Assembly (NCBI GenBank): GCA_964188305.1
Contig: OZ076895.1
Source of the DNA: Podarcis bocagei
Taxonomy: Eukaryota
Direction: 5' to 3' (one strand)
DNA: 64,000 nucleotides
Positions 34,735-48,359 of the stretch are shown here, piece after piece. The notes below the pieces were generated by a model that searched no databases, was not told the DNA's origin, and saw only the letters and a list, made by a program, of their open reading frames with translations. The position numbers and the translations under genes are program-made. How positions within the stretch are numbered: the first letter of the stretch is position 1; each line of letters starts with the position of its first letter.

Positions 34735-34950
34735 CAAATAGTAGAAGATTCTGAAGATTTTCTTAGTGTTGACTATCATGGTGAAAAACGTGAAAAACGT
34801 GAAAGGCATGAAAGACATGAAAAGCATGAAAAACAGGAGAAAGAAAAAAGTCACTTTTTAAGACATTCACATGAAGATTATATATCAGCACCACCTATAA
34901 AATCAGGCAGAGATCATATGGCAAAGCTGCCAGAAAGAGCAGTGGCCCAG
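34735..34950 (+). CDS. FBXL13: FBXL13 exon 7 (start of F-box)
   Basis: QIVEDSEDF...GRDHMAKLPERAVAQ|gttagt. LPERA is the F-box start. Confidence 0.88.
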
Positions 34951-35813
34951 GTTAGTATTTAATATTTTTAATTCAAGCTTCTCTGAAGGCTCAGGTATGT
35001 CCACAAGGGAGAAACCTAAAGGCAGCAAAAGGCACAAAATTGACTAGCAGATACCAGCTTCCCACTGCAGATATAGTAGGTTTGCCAGAACCTGGAAAAG
35101 TGCAGGGCAGGAGCTTTGATCAAGTTGTTGGAGCCATTTGAGTCCCAATTAGTGGAGCCTCAGACATAGTTCTTTTTATCTGTTATGGACACTCTCCAGT
35201 TAGAATGTTCTATCTGCATTATTAAGTTTTTAAACAGTACTAAGCTACCACTTATGTATACTTTATCCCAAAGCAGCAGGGGCAGTGGGTAGGGTGGGGA
35301 GTGAAATGAACATATATATTTCCTACTGTTCATTGGGTTTTTCAATGGCAAGCATCCACCCTGTGCACTCCCACCAGGTTGGAGAGGTGGAAGTGACCCC
35401 CTGCTTAAGTTGGGGGGGGTCATTAAGACAGAGGAATCCTTTCAAGTGTTGATCTTGTGGAGAAAATGTGAGTTGGGGTGGTTGAGAGAGGGATATTCAC
35501 TGTAAAATGACAAGAGGTGAATCACTCCGAGTAGTTACCCTAAATGTCATAGGATTAGATATCCTAGTCACACTTTAGAGTGATGAGGCATCTGAAAAAG
35601 GAATATTCGGATACAATGCTGCTCCAAAAGACTTATCAGTGGTGGGAGAAACATTACATGCAGGAATTGGAAATGGGCATGGATTGCAGAGCACTATGCA
35701 GCAGCTATATTTTTTGAACCAAGAGAAATCTAAAAGCTAAAGATCAACAGTGGACAAGTTTTAAGCTTAAGTAATGCTTTGCATGTTACTGTGTTTTTGT
35801 GTTTTGAAATTAG

Positions 35814-35909
35814 GTCTTCCATTATTTAACTATAATCGATTTGGCAAGATGTGCTCAGGTTAACCGAAATTGGAAAGCAATGACACAAATGGGTTCAGTA
35901 TGGAGTAAT
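35814..35909 (+). CDS. FBXL13: FBXL13 exon 8 (F-box)
   Basis: VFHYLTIIDLARCAQVNRNWKAMTQMGSVWSN|gtaagt. Confidence 0.93.
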
Positions 35910-37381
35910 GTAAGTACAGATGCTTGAAACCAAGATTTAGTACCAATTTTTTTTTTTAAAAAAAAAATGAATTGAAGAGAAAACCCAATAAATAATGGTT
36001 CTCCTTGTTAAATTAGCCTATTGTCCTTCAAATTTAATAGTGCTGTCAGAGAATAGTTATGTATCATATGATAATGATTGCTTTGGCTAGAATAGTTGCA
36101 CGGACGTAATTTTCTTATAGTCTCTTATTTAAACATATGCATTTTGGATAGAGATAAACTAATTTTGGTTTGGCTATCTAATATTCCAATTACAATTAAT
36201 CAAAAATTGTATTTCCCTTATGTTTGAGGGATTAATGTTAATTAAATTGATGGCAAAGTTTTAGAGTCTGAGGGCCCCCTTTGTTCTTGAAAAAGGGCTT
36301 CAATCCAACAGAGGCGGGAGATTTTTATCCAATTCTCCCTTCCCCATGCAGCCGCCCATGCCTTTTCCAGGGCTGTTCAGACAGGAGTGTCAAAAAAAGC
36401 ATGGGGTCTGAGCCCAGAATCTTTTGTGCAGAACCCTAGATCTCAGTCAAGGGCTGGGGGGACCACTGCTGCTTTAGCAGGTGCTGAAGATTGCTGGGTG
36501 GGAATCAGCATTCATTGGCTGTGCACACTACCACTGTGCAAAAGCCAGCCTCAACATTACTCATTAGCTGCGGGAAGCCCAAGAAGGCAGAGAGCATTAT
36601 GACTGGTACATTGTTGTAATAGTAGGACTCATTAGTTGAATCTGGCCCACAACTAAATAAGTAGAAGACTGTAAAAAAAAAAACCAAAAGTGATTAGAAA
36701 AACAGTGAAAGACAGATGAATAATTTGTGAATAATAAATATGGAAAATGTGAATGATTCCTAACAATGAACATTTGAAGGGCTCTGCATAATCCCCCCAC
36801 TTCCCTAGAATATCATCTTTCACAAGTTTGGGAGAATTTCTCTCTTCAAGCTTAAAACTAAGCTAAGCTGCTTCTTCAAGTGGCTGTTTAGCTGTGCTCA
36901 GTAGCTAGGCTGCCAAGCACTTTGGAAATTGGGGCCAGAATGTTTCATGGAAATGACATCAAGTGCAGCTGACTTGGAGTAGTGACTCAGCTTTGTTTTA
37001 AATTAAGAAATCAAATCTTGTGTCAATCTCATTGAAAGATTACACCCAGCCCCCCCAAAAGTACTATCCCAATGTGCCACAATATTGCGGGCTGAAACTT
37101 TACCCCAGTACTAGGCATTTGTAGGCATATGAAGCACATAATTTCTGCCTCTGTATTGGGAAGATTCCTAGATTTAGCATAGATATTGTCCTGTACATCT
37201 CTACCCATATCCTGTTGTCATTGGACTTCAATGTATTTTCATTTGATTCTCCTGAACTACTCACCTTCCAGAAGTGAAACAATTGTTTGTATTTTTAGGA
37301 TGACAGATTTAATGAACCTTAACATTTGTAATGTATAGAACTCTTTGTTGTTAATTATATCGAAATATATTTTCTGTTTAG

Positions 37382-37517
37382 ATTAATTTTTCTGCAGTAA
37401 AAGAGAAGATTAAAGATAACATAGCCGGAAATATTTTGCTGAAGTGGCATACTAATGTGCTGAATTTGAACCTTCGTGGTTGTTCTACTCTTTATTGGTT
37501 TACTTTTAAAAATATTG
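37382..37517 (+). CDS. FBXL13: FBXL13 exon 9
   Basis: INFSAVKEKIKDNIAGNILLKWHTNVLNLNLRGCSTLYWFTFKNI|gtaagc. Confidence 0.92.
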
Positions 37518-37587
37518 GTAAGCATTTTATTAAATTTCTAATTTCTTTTAATTGTCTTGCTGTTTATGTGTCCATCTTTTTGAAATA

Positions 37588-37826
37588 CAGCCATACCTCG
37601 GGTTGAATATGTTTCAGGTTGAGCATTTTTGGGTTGCGTTCCACGGTGACCTGGAAGAAACAGAATGCGTTACTTCTGGGTTTCGCTGCTTGCGCATGCG
37701 CTCAAAAATGACATCACGCGCATGCGCGGAAGTGGCGAGTTGTGACCCGCAGATGCGGGGTTCGTTTGCTTCAGGATGCAAACAGGGCTCCGGAATGGAT
37801 CCCGTTCGCATCCAGAGGTACCACTG
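37588..37826. mobile_element. Tigger-like MITE
   Basis: TA|CAGCCATACCTCGGGTT ... GAGGTACCACTG|TA. Confidence 0.8.
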
Positions 37827-37873
37827 TATTCAGAAAAATGTATAATAGGTTTACAATTATGTAAATTCACATA

Positions 37874-38115
37874 CAGTGGTACCTCGGGTTACATACGCTT
37901 CAGGTTACATACACTTCAGGTTACGGACTCCGCTAACCCAGAAATATTACCTCGGGTTAAGAACTTTGCTTCAGGATGAGAACAGAAATCGTGCTCTGGC
38001 GGCGCGGCAGCAGCAGGAGGCCCCATTAGCTAAAGTGGTGCTTCAGGTTAAGAACAGTTTCAGGTTAAGAACGGATCTCCAGAACGAATTAAGTACTTAA
38101 CCCGAGGTACCACTG
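37874..38115. mobile_element. Tigger/pogo-like MITE (family A)
   Basis: Same TIRs and TA TSD as 213-454. Confidence 0.9.
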
Positions 38116-39755
38116 TACTTTGAGGCCCCAAATGAAGTTCCCAGATGAGGGTTATCCTTTTGTAACTAGCAAGGGGTAAGGAGAAGGAGCCAAGCTACCT
38201 GTAGGCCAGCACTGTTGGAGATCACTCAACTTGAGACTTGTGAGACAACCACACTTTCAACTGCAGCTTCAGACAGTCATCTCGGTGTTGGTTGGCCTGG
38301 AGAATAAGCAGCAAGGGCAAAGTGCAGATAGTGTAAATAATCCAAGTGAAGGCTCAGAATTTGTTTTTCTTCCCACCTGACAATCTTACCCAGTTTTGGG
38401 TTTTTGCTGTCTTTGTAGCAAATTCTTCTTCTTATGCTCTGTGGTTGTTTGTGGGGGTTTATTTTTACATTTTCATTTCTCATAACTAGAGTGGACCTCA
38501 GACTGGAACCATAGTTAAAAGTAAGCAGAGGTGGGTGCCTTTTTGATGTTCCCACTTTCTTGGGCATATTGTAATTAATTAATTATTCATCCATGAAGTG
38601 CCAGTTGAAGAAGGTTACTTAAAGAGCTACGTTATCTTTTCAAAGCTATTTCTCATTCAAAATTCCAGTTTCTGAACTTTTCTTTGGCCTATTAGGAAGA
38701 ATAATTATTTACCAATTTAGCCATGAATCTTTCTAGTAAATAAAAATGTACCTCTGCTTTAACAGAATTCTGCTGCCTGTTTTAGGTTCCCATTTCCTGC
38801 TCTAGCAATTCTATGGGGCCATTCAGGATTCACTCATTTTTCTGTTTCAGCAGTTTTAGACTTTATTAGCCACTGAAGTAACACTTTATTCCCCTGGAAC
38901 TTGTTTGGCTTTTGGGCTGCAGCTTCAAATGTCAACCATTAGATCCCTCCCATTTTTCTTTTACTCTGTAATGTTGCAGACTCTCTTCTTGCAGCAACTG
39001 GCTTCAAGTTGCCTGTAAATCCAGCCCACCCCCAACAGCAACAGCTGTGTTATCCTAAGTCCAATATCTGCCTTGTCATCCTTTCCTGTCTTTCTATACT
39101 GTGAATAACTAAGACCATTTGCGGGGGGGCGGGGATCATAACAGATATTTAAAGTGAGGAATTTTGTAAGTTTCAAATTTAGCCAGGCCCCTGCATCTTA
39201 CTTTGGACCCACAGGAAGGTCTTTCCCTCTCAGTAGTCATTTCTTCAATACTTGAGATCACTGTAGGAAATAATTCTGTGGCTGCAATCCTGTGTCACAT
39301 ATCTAGGAGTATACCCCACTGAACTCATGGGGACTTCTGAATATATGTGTATAGGATTACAGTGTAAAGGAATAAAAGTAAAAAAAAACAGGAGGTGTTC
39401 CTGGACAACTTTACAGAAAATTTAAAGGTAAGTTGCCAGTTTTCCGTCTATTTCATTTTAATTTGGAGCGGTGAGGGAGGGAGTGTAAGTGTTACACACA
39501 CAACCCTAGCTAGCTATTCCCTCTTCCTGCCAGAGCTCCTTGTGCCCCACCCGAAGGTGTTCCTGAAGGACTGAGGATCCTCCAGAGCAATATTCCAGGG
39601 GCTTTAGCTATAAAGATAAATCAGCCCCGAGTATATTTCACGTAGGCTCTTCGGATTCCAGAAAATGATTTTCAAGCCAAATAACACATGTGAACCTTTA
39701 GGGTTATTGGAGGAGGATTTTCAGTTTGTGAAGCCCTGCTAGAGTTTACAAGCAG

Positions 39756-40067
39756 CCAGTCGTGTCCGACTCTAGGGTTGTGCGGCCATCTCACTTAAGA
39801 GCCTGGGGGCCAGCGCTGTCCGGAAACACTTCCGGGTCACATGGCCAGCGTGACGAAGCTGCTCTGGTGAGCCAGCACCAGCGCAGCACGTGGAAACGCC
39901 ATTTACCTTCCCGCTATAAAGCGGTACCTATTTATCTACTTGCACTTAAGAGTGCTTTCGAACTGCTAGGTGGGCAGGAGCTGGGACTGAACGACGGGAG
40001 CTCACCCCGCCGCAGGGATTCGAAGTCCTAGGCGCTGAGGTTTTACCCACAGCGCCACCCACGTCCC
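39756..40067 (-). mobile_element. Sauria SINE
   Basis: Minus strand GGGACGTGGGTGGCGCTGTGGGTAAAACC...GTAGATAAATAGGTACCGC. Confidence 0.85.
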
Positions 40068-40394
40068 ATAGTACAACTTACTTCTGGTTAAACATGGATT
40101 TCAAGTTTTAGGATGTTTAAGCCCAACTCTCTAAAGAGGTTTAGTTTATTACACTGCAATAAATCATATGCCTTTGCGTTAAAAATTTGCAGATGGTTGC
40201 TAGTTAGGCAAAAATGACACAAAACAGATTAAAAAGAGTAAGTTTATAAGGAAACAGGTAATATCATCATGTGATTAGTACCAAAAATATTTTAACAGAT
40301 AATCCCTCATGAACATACACTGCATTTAACAAAAATATAAACTACCATTTTTTCTTACAAAAATATTAAAGGATTGAATGTGGCAGTGATCAAA

Positions 40395-40798
40395 TTAACC
40401 TATTACAGTGACAATAACCCCATGTTTCTTTCCTGTTTGAACTGGATATTCTTTGTGCTTTTCCCATTCTTCATCGTCGGTATCCTGTTCAAATGTTTCT
40501 GGGTAAATAGGAAGCTTATCTTTGGGACACTCTTCATAATAGCTTCTGACATATTTCCCAACAAACCAGCCTTTGAATTCCTCAGGTTTTCTACATTCTA
40601 AACCATGGTAGTGAACACTGTAGTGGTGCTTCAACCAGTAGAAAAGATAATGAATGTTGTAGTCACATCTCCAAGGATTTTCTCTAAGCCACAGTATTTT
40701 CAAAAAGTACAAATCTTCTAATACTCCGTATTCGAAATTTTGCAGGGAGTTGTTTGATAAATCCAATTCTTCCAGGTTCATGAGTCCTGCAAATGCAG
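40395..40798 (-). CDS. LRRC17: LRRC17 last coding exon
   Basis: AAFAGLMNLEELDLSNNSLQNFEYGVLEDLYFLKILWLRENPWRCDYNIHYLFYWLKHHY...VIVTVIG*, with acceptor ttttgaacag. Confidence 0.95.
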
Positions 40799-41278
40799 CT
40801 GTTCAAAAAATGTAAACACTAGGATTACATATCTACTGCGTAGAAATAACAACAACCATAGAGTTATGTGTTAGTACCATTAAACCTTGGCTGAGATTCA
40901 CTGTGGTTGTGTTTTAAAGAAACAAGAGAGGCACAATGTTCTGAACATTATTGTGAGTCTTCTGTACCAGACCCATCATAGAGATTAACAGTGTAATCCC
41001 ATACAAATTTATCTAGGAGTAAGTTGTATTGAATTCAGTGGGCTTGCTTCTAAGAAGACATGCATAATATTGCACTGTAAAACAATCTGATTAATCAGTG
41101 ACTGTTGTTGCTTCCCGTAGGTGGAATTCTCTTAGATTTGATAGATATTCAACTTGTATTTATTACTATTTCATAATTATTAAAAATGACATTTTGAGGA
41201 AATGAGCCACCTTTTGTATCATGAAAGCATTTATTAAAACTCACTATAGTTTGATATATCATAATAAAGTTTACTCAC

Positions 41279-41434
41279 CTGGGTCTATGTGAACTATTCC
41301 ATTACTACTGAGGTTTAATACCTTCAGGTCATTCATGTCTTCAAATTCCTTGGGTCGTAGCTGGTTGATTTTATTGTTAGATAGATCAAGTTTAACTACA
41401 TCTGGAGGGATGTTACCGGGAACTTTCTTTAATT
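41279..41434 (-). CDS. LRRC17: LRRC17 middle coding exon
   Basis: ELKKVPGNIPPDVVKLDLSNNKINQLRPKEFEDMNDLKVLNLSSNGIVHIDP|gtgagt, phase 1 to 1. Confidence 0.95.
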
Positions 41435-42521
41435 CTTGAGAAGGAAAGAAGAAATATATATATACATATATATTATGGAAAGCCGTAGTCCCCGCCACTA
41501 CATAGTTTCCCATCTATCCATATAACAACATAGACTACTCATGTGCATTCTTAAGTCTTCTTTTGTTTTTAAGACAGCTTTTAAAAGTTATTGTCTTCTA
41601 TTTATACCCCACCTTTCTTCCATTATGGAATCCCAGGTAGCATACATGTGGTTCCTACATGGTCTCTCATCCAACACTGACCAGACTCAGACCTACTTAG
41701 CTTCAGTAAGGTGGTAGCCTGGTGTGCATATCCTATTCCCAAATACATTGCCCATTACTCCTTTAGTTTGTGTATCACCAACTTCAGAGAATTAATGTAC
41801 CCACTGAGAGTTTGAAACAAAGTAAACCAACTGACGTGCTAAAGAAACCATCTTAAAAATCTACAAGTAGTACAGATTGTGCCAAAAAGTGTCCTTTCCC
41901 TGTTGTAGACAATGTAGAGCATTGTTTTCTGGCTGCCTTATTGAATTAATTTTTATGAAGAATGATGCTATTGATTCACCAATTCACATATTGTCTTTCT
42001 GTCAAAACAACATTGAGAAGTTTGTCTTCCTCTGCACTTTGTGGCTTGGGTCACTTTTTAAAACTCATCTGGTGCTATTTATTTAGATAGCTTGTGTAGT
42101 TGTCAGGTGTGGGGGTTGCAGTTTGACAGGTTGGTGGATGAATGGTCTTTTAGAGCAGGAGTTTGAATGTGGATAACATTTTGTTGCCTTCCAGATATTA
42201 TTCCCTGATTTCTATTGTTTTTAAATTTGTCTAGGCAGGGAACCTAGGGGTGTACAAACATCCCTAAATCCAATCTAAAATTAATTCAAACTTTCATCTA
42301 GTATTTTACATTCTGCTACCATTGGTTTAATTTGCACAAATCTTTTTTCCATTTAATCTGCTAATGCCAATATATGAATATTTTAAACATTTTTATTTAT
42401 CATTGTACATGATAGACATGCATGTCTCAGGTATCAGCAAATATTTGCAAATCAGTTACTTTCCCTGTGTGTTTCTTTTCGAAGTTAATGAATCTAGAAA
42501 GACAGCGTGCAGAAACAAATA

Positions 42522-42739
42522 CAGTGGTATCTCGGGTTACATACGCTTCAGGTTACAGACTCCGCTAACCCAGAAATAGTACCTCGGGTTAAGAACTTTG
42601 CGTCAGGATGAGAACAGAAATCGTGCTCCGGTGGCAGCAGGAGGCCCCATTAGCTAAAGTGGTGCTTCAGGTTAAGAACAGTTTCAGGTTAAGAACGGAC
42701 CTCCGGAATGAATTAAGTACTTAACCCAAGGTACCACTG
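42522..42739. mobile_element. Tigger/pogo-like MITE (family A)
   Basis: Same TIRs and TA TSD, with small internal deletions. Confidence 0.88.
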
Positions 42740-43775
42740 TATCTTGCGGCAATTTAAAGACCAAGTTAATTAAATGACTAATAGCCCATCATAAAGACAT
42801 CTCTGGCTGCAGTTCTAACCCTGTCTACTAAGAGGCAAGTCCCATTGAATTAAAAAATGGGGGAAATGATCTCTTGAGCCAAATGTTAATCCCATGAGCC
42901 ATACCTCTGGCCAGAGGTTCTCTACCCCTGTTTCAGGGAATGGGTAGTAGCCAAAAAGTAGCAGTTGAATTCAGTTGGTTCTTCCTGCTTTACTAAAGAG
43001 CTTTGGAATGTAACTGAGGAGTACAGATAAAGTCTACAGGTAACAAAAGAGATAACTTCTTTCCATTTGAAAATAGCAATAATGAACAATGCAGTTCATT
43101 GGTTTTTAAAATTCAAGTAGAAACAAATTAAGGCCTCAATCCTAATTCCACTTACTTGGAGCCCATCATTGAATACAATGAGGTTTATTTCTGAGTAGAC
43201 ATGGGTCAGTTACAAGACATGGGGCTTGAAAGATAAATTACTCTAAATTATTTTTATTATAAATTAATTTCCTTGTAGTCATGGGTGGTAAGTAGATGCA
43301 GGCTTCTCCTATATGATGGCACAATTTGTTTGATTAAATCACTAATATTTTAATGCTAAATGTATTATAGGGCTACATGCTCATCCTACTTCCAGGCTGC
43401 TTGCATCTGACACACTTAAGGCACATATGCCTACTTTTGTTATTTTGTAATCAGGATGCTATAAGTTTTTATCAGTCTATTGATTGAAGTCTATTGATTG
43501 TTATGGATAATAATAATAGTGGATAATGGATAGGTGAAAAATTCCACCGCTTGGGCTAGATAACCACCAACTGTAATCTTCTGCATGTCTACTGACAAGT
43601 AATTCTTTGAATTCAATTTGGCTTACTCTCAGGTAACAGTCAGAAGGCTTACAGCCTAAAATATTTTTTAAAATACACCGCACCTTTCCATTACCTTGGG
43701 TGAAGTTTCATAATGATAACTTTAATTGTCATTAATGAGCAGCTAAAAAGTAACATGTATTTGGCTTATACAGAC

Positions 43776-44532
43776 CTTTTTTTCTGCAGTCCAGTGTCCG
43801 TACAGGAAACATGTAAATGTGGCAGAGAGAAGAGTCAAATTCAGGTCTGATGGGTTTAGGTTTTGGAATAGGAGGGTCTGGTCTTTCTCCTTCAATGCAC
43901 AGCTGCTCTGAGTTTACTTGCTTGAGCTTTTGACCTTTTAGTTTTGTTGGGTGTACACATTTAGCATAATTTCCCAAGTTCCTGTTTCTTGGAAGCTGCA
44001 GCATCGTTATAAGGGTTTCGATCTGACAGTTGCAGTCCCATGGATTATCATACAGGCGTAAATAAATTAAAAGAGGCATGTAAATAAACACCTCCTCAGA
44101 CAGGATTTTCAACTTATTGTGCTGCAGTAAAAGCGTAGTGAGTTTATTTAAACCAAAAAAAGCTTCATCCTCAATTTTTGATATCTCATTCTGTTGTAAA
44201 TCTAGACTTTTTAATTTTGTGAACTTGGAAAACATGTTGTTCTTCAGCTTGCGAATTCTATTTCTTGCTAGGAGCATGTGTTTTAAATCTTCTGGCCAAT
44301 CAGACAATACAAATGTCAGTTTCCTTTCTTGGCAATCTAAGTATTTGTCATGAAGATAGGTGTACACATCACATGGGGGGCCTGGGGTGTAGCGCTTGAC
44401 GGTGCCAGATGCTCTTCTTAAGCCGTTTGACTTTCCATTATTTGCTTTGTTTCTTGAACTTCCATTTCTTGTCTTCCTAAAGTCAGCTGCTTTACAAAAG
44501 AAAAGTAGTATTATAATTGTAACCACTTGCAT
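43776..44532 (-). CDS. LRRC17: LRRC17 first coding exon (signal peptide, LRRNT, LRRs, LRRCT); exon acceptor at 44670
   Basis: MQVVTIIILLFFCKAADFRK...PCDVYTYLHDKYLDCQERKL...LRLYDNPWDCNC...LDCRKK, donor AAG|GTCTGT. The three exons total 1317 nt, giving 438 aa. Confidence 0.95.
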
Positions 44533-44724
44533 CCTGACATCCAGCTGGTCCCAATTATTTTGTACAACAGCTGGAACAGTCAGAGTATTCCTTTGAAATC
44601 TGAGTTTGGAAGCCTTTAACTAGTGTGGTTCTGAATCAAGGAGGCACAGCAAGGGTTTGAGGAATCACTCTGTTGGAAGAAAAGCAGAATATTAGTGAGA
44701 TATTACCCTAGAATTAATAATAAC

Positions 44725-44776
<52 letters not shown>

Positions 44777-45275
44777 TCCACCTATCTGACTGTGTTTCCC
44801 CAGCCACTCTGGGTGGCTTACAACATATATAAAAAATTGTAAAACATCAGACATAAAAAATTTCCTGATACAGTGGTACCTCGGATTAAGTACTTTATTC
44901 GTTCCACTGCGCCGCCGGGGCACGATTTCTGTTCTCATCCTGAAGCAAAGTTCTTAACCTGAAGCATTATTTCTGGGTTAGCTGAGTCTGTAACCTGAAG
45001 CATATGTAACCTGAAGCGTATGTAACCTTCAGATTGTCTTCTAAAGGTCAGTTGTTTATTTCCTTGACATCTGATGGGAGGGCACTACTGAGAAGGCACT
45101 CTGCCTGGTTCCCTGTAACTTCACTTCTTGCAGTGAGGGAACCGCCAGAAGGCCCTCGGAGCTGGACCTCAGTGTCCAGGATGAACAATGGGGATGGAGA
45201 CGCTCCTTTAGGTATACTGGACCGAGGCCATTTAGGGCTTTAAAGGTCAGCACCAGCACTTTGAATTGTGCTCAG
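44725..45275 (-). mobile_element. L2 LINE 3' fragment with (AAT)n tail, interrupted by a truncated family-A MITE (44871-45027)
   Basis: Minus strand LVLTFKALNGLGPVYLKERL...TLRSS..LLAVP..AFSV is the L2 ORF2 C-terminus. (TTA)n lies at 44725-44775. Confidence 0.85.
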
Positions 45276-46840
45276 AATTGTAGGTCTTTCACGACTGGTG
45301 TCCTAAATTATAGTGAATTAAAGCTGACATTTCAATATGTTTTCCATAATAATCAGCACATTGTGTATTGAAAATAATTTCGGCTGTGATAATAATGGTG
45401 AGCTTCCCTCCTAAATGGAGATATAAATAATTTATTTATTATCAAATAATGATGATGTCACACACCATTATACCTGATACAGGGAACTCAGGGAATGAAT
45501 TTGTAAGGGCATTTAGGTCAACAAATGGAACCCAGATAATTTTGCCATGGTCTGATGATTATTGGCTTGTAGTAAACATGGAAGAAGCTGTTTTCATTAG
45601 TGACAGCAGTGCTAGGAATGCCCTTCTTGGCTGAAATATGCAGTGCCCCATCAGTATTGGCATTCCATTGACTCCTGAAGATACACTTGCTTAAAAAGCA
45701 TTTCCCTGATCTCCTGACTCTCATCTCTTGTAGTAATTTCTTTTTAGGATGGCTCACGGTTTGGTTTGGTTTGGTTTGGTTTTGTTTTATTAATTTTTAA
45801 TGGGGGGGTTGTGGTACAAAGCAAATGGAAAAACAGGGAACTGTACACCTGTTTTCTGAAAGTCAATTCATAGTCCTTTTCACAGATGTTTGGTGAGAGA
45901 CATTTTTGTCAGACGTCTTGCAGTTGGGGGAAAGGAGAGGTGAGGAAAGAGATGAATATATTGTTCTTTCATTCTGCTGCCTATTCTTAGTGTGTGTGTG
46001 GGGGGGGGTTGCGTCAGCATCACATGGGTAGGTCCTTTGTGTATTTATTTATTTATTTTTATTGATATTGTGGAAGGTTAGGGGTTCCCAAGCTTGCTTG
46101 GTTGTGTTTGGTGGTAATTGTTGTTGTAACTCTTATGCTGTTTTAAGGGGTTTATCATATATTTTAATTATGGGTATTTGAATGTAGCTGTTTTACAGTG
46201 TGTTTTTATTTTTGGTAGCTATATTTTTATTCTTGTTATTTTGCTGTTGACGTTTGTTTGTTTGTTTGTTTGTTTGTTTGTGAACTGTCTTGTATTTCTT
46301 CTTGAAATGAAAGCGAGTGAATGGGAATTACATTGAATGGCATTCACTCTTTTAAACAAGTGTTAAGTGATGGACACTGGGAAAAGAAATCCTACCTTCC
46401 CATATATGTTAATAGTCTGAAGTAGCAGTGACTACACAGGAAAGAGACCTTGGGTCTTTGTGGATAGCTTGATTAAAATGTTGACCCAGTGTGTGGCACC
46501 TTTGAAAAAGGTGAATTCCATATTAAAGATAATAATACCATGTTACTGGTTTACCTGGTGGTCGTTGTGGTCTGACATGACTGTTGGGCAAGGAGTGGGA
46601 AGACCAGGAATCTACCTGATGTGGCTGGGCAGGGCGGCGGAGTCTGGCAGTGGAACTGGAGTTAGCTAGCACCATCAATGGCCAGAGTTGATGGGAGTCA
46701 TATTGTCTGGCTCCCAGGGAGAAGGGCTTCCGAGGCAGACCAGAGAAAAGACTATGAAGGTTTGGTCTGCCCTTGGAACATAGAAGGTGGACCTGCCCAG
46801 CCTGTCCAATGCCGATGCTGCTCTTGAACCTCTGGCTTTC

Positions 46841-47197
46841 TGTTATGTACTGAGTTGAATAGGATCCAAACTGAAGCAGTCTGATTGGTCCTAGAACAAT
46901 AGGATCCAAATTGCAGCAGTCTGATTAGTCCTAGAACAATAGGATTCAGAATGCAGCAGTCTGATTGGTCCTAGAACAATGCAGCAGTATGATTGGTTGG
47001 CAGGAACCACCCAATCCTGCTCCAGATAGAAGTGAATCCACAACCTGATTGGCTTACAGTAGAATTCTGGAATTAGCCAATCATGTGCAGCCCATTGTGT
47101 AAATAATGTATATAAGCAGATACTGTGAGGGGACTTTCATTCATTCCTCCTCACCACTATGAGCTTGAAATCACTTTGCGACTCTGAGTATATTTCA
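46841..47197 (+). mobile_element. Solo LTR (357 bp) with 40-bp CCAAT-box tandem repeats
   Basis: TG...CA termini, 5-bp TSD CTTTC on both sides, repeated CTGATTGG and TATATAAG at 47109. Confidence 0.82.
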
Positions 47198-48306
47198 CTT
47201 TCCATAGGCCAGAAGTTTTCCAGCGCTGGTTAATGACTGACAGCCGAGTTGCAGAGTCTCCACGGTTTCATATTTTTTCCTAGCTCAACCTAGAGATGCT
47301 GGGGATTGGACATGGGACTTTCTGTACACATGCAGAGCAGATGTTCTACCACTGAGCTTTGCCCTCTCATGATCTTATGATTCTTCTTAGCCTGCTTCTA
47401 AATATTTGCTCTACTGCCTTGGCTGGTACAATACCATGTTCTATGAAAATACTGTCTGGGATTGCAGCCTAACAGCATGGGTGGGAAAGTGGCCCTCCAG
47501 ATGTCATTGGACTCCATTTCAGTGTCTGCTAACACCATCAATGGTCAGAGGTGATGGAAGTCATGTTCAAGCAGTATCTGGAGATCACAGGTTTCTTATC
47601 CCTGGTGTACAGGATAAGATGCTGATTCACTCTGTCCTGTACATGTAGGCTTCAATCCTATACAAATTTACCTGGGAGAGAGCCCCATTCACCTCTAGGT
47701 TCCAGTGTTATAGTAATATGATCTAGTTCTAAAACTAAATGGACAAAGAGGTTTGCCCAGTAGTCTGCATTATCTTCTCATCCTGGAGGCAAGGGGATCA
47801 TAGGAAAGTGAGGCCATTAAACAAGATGGACCCTAGCATGGGCTGAGATGTCACAGGACAAAACCTTAGTTAAGAAAAAGGCTTGTAATGTCTCTATTCA
47901 CTCATAGTATCAACACTCATTAAGTTTACATTCTTGACCCAATCAAGTCTAGGAGCTGTCAGAGGAGTGACATGCTGTCACAGGCATCTTGTCCAAGCCT
48001 CAGCAGGGTGGCTTATCTTACTGTTTGAGAATGTGTGTTAACAGAGCAATAACTATATTCCTTTGGTGATGTGTGTGTGTGGGGGGGGTGTCCCTGGAAA
48101 AAGCAAAACTATCTTTTAACAATGAAAACATTGTGTAATCCCAATGAAATGACATATCTCCAGTGTTACTGACCATTGGTATAAAATATATTTCATTCTT
48201 TCCCATTGCATTGCTGATTTTGGGTTTATGTTACTGAAAACTGCTAGATATTAGCTGATGTTTTCAAGTAATGCAAGATACTGATTTGGTGTTATATTTA
48301 TTTTAG

Positions 48307-48359
48307 CTCACTGTAAGAATTTGCAAGACTTAAATGTCACTGAATGCCAAGGGTTAAAT
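48307..48359 (+). CDS. FBXL13: FBXL13 exon 10 (LRR)
   Basis: AHCKNLQDLNVTECQGLN|gtaagt. Confidence 0.93.
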
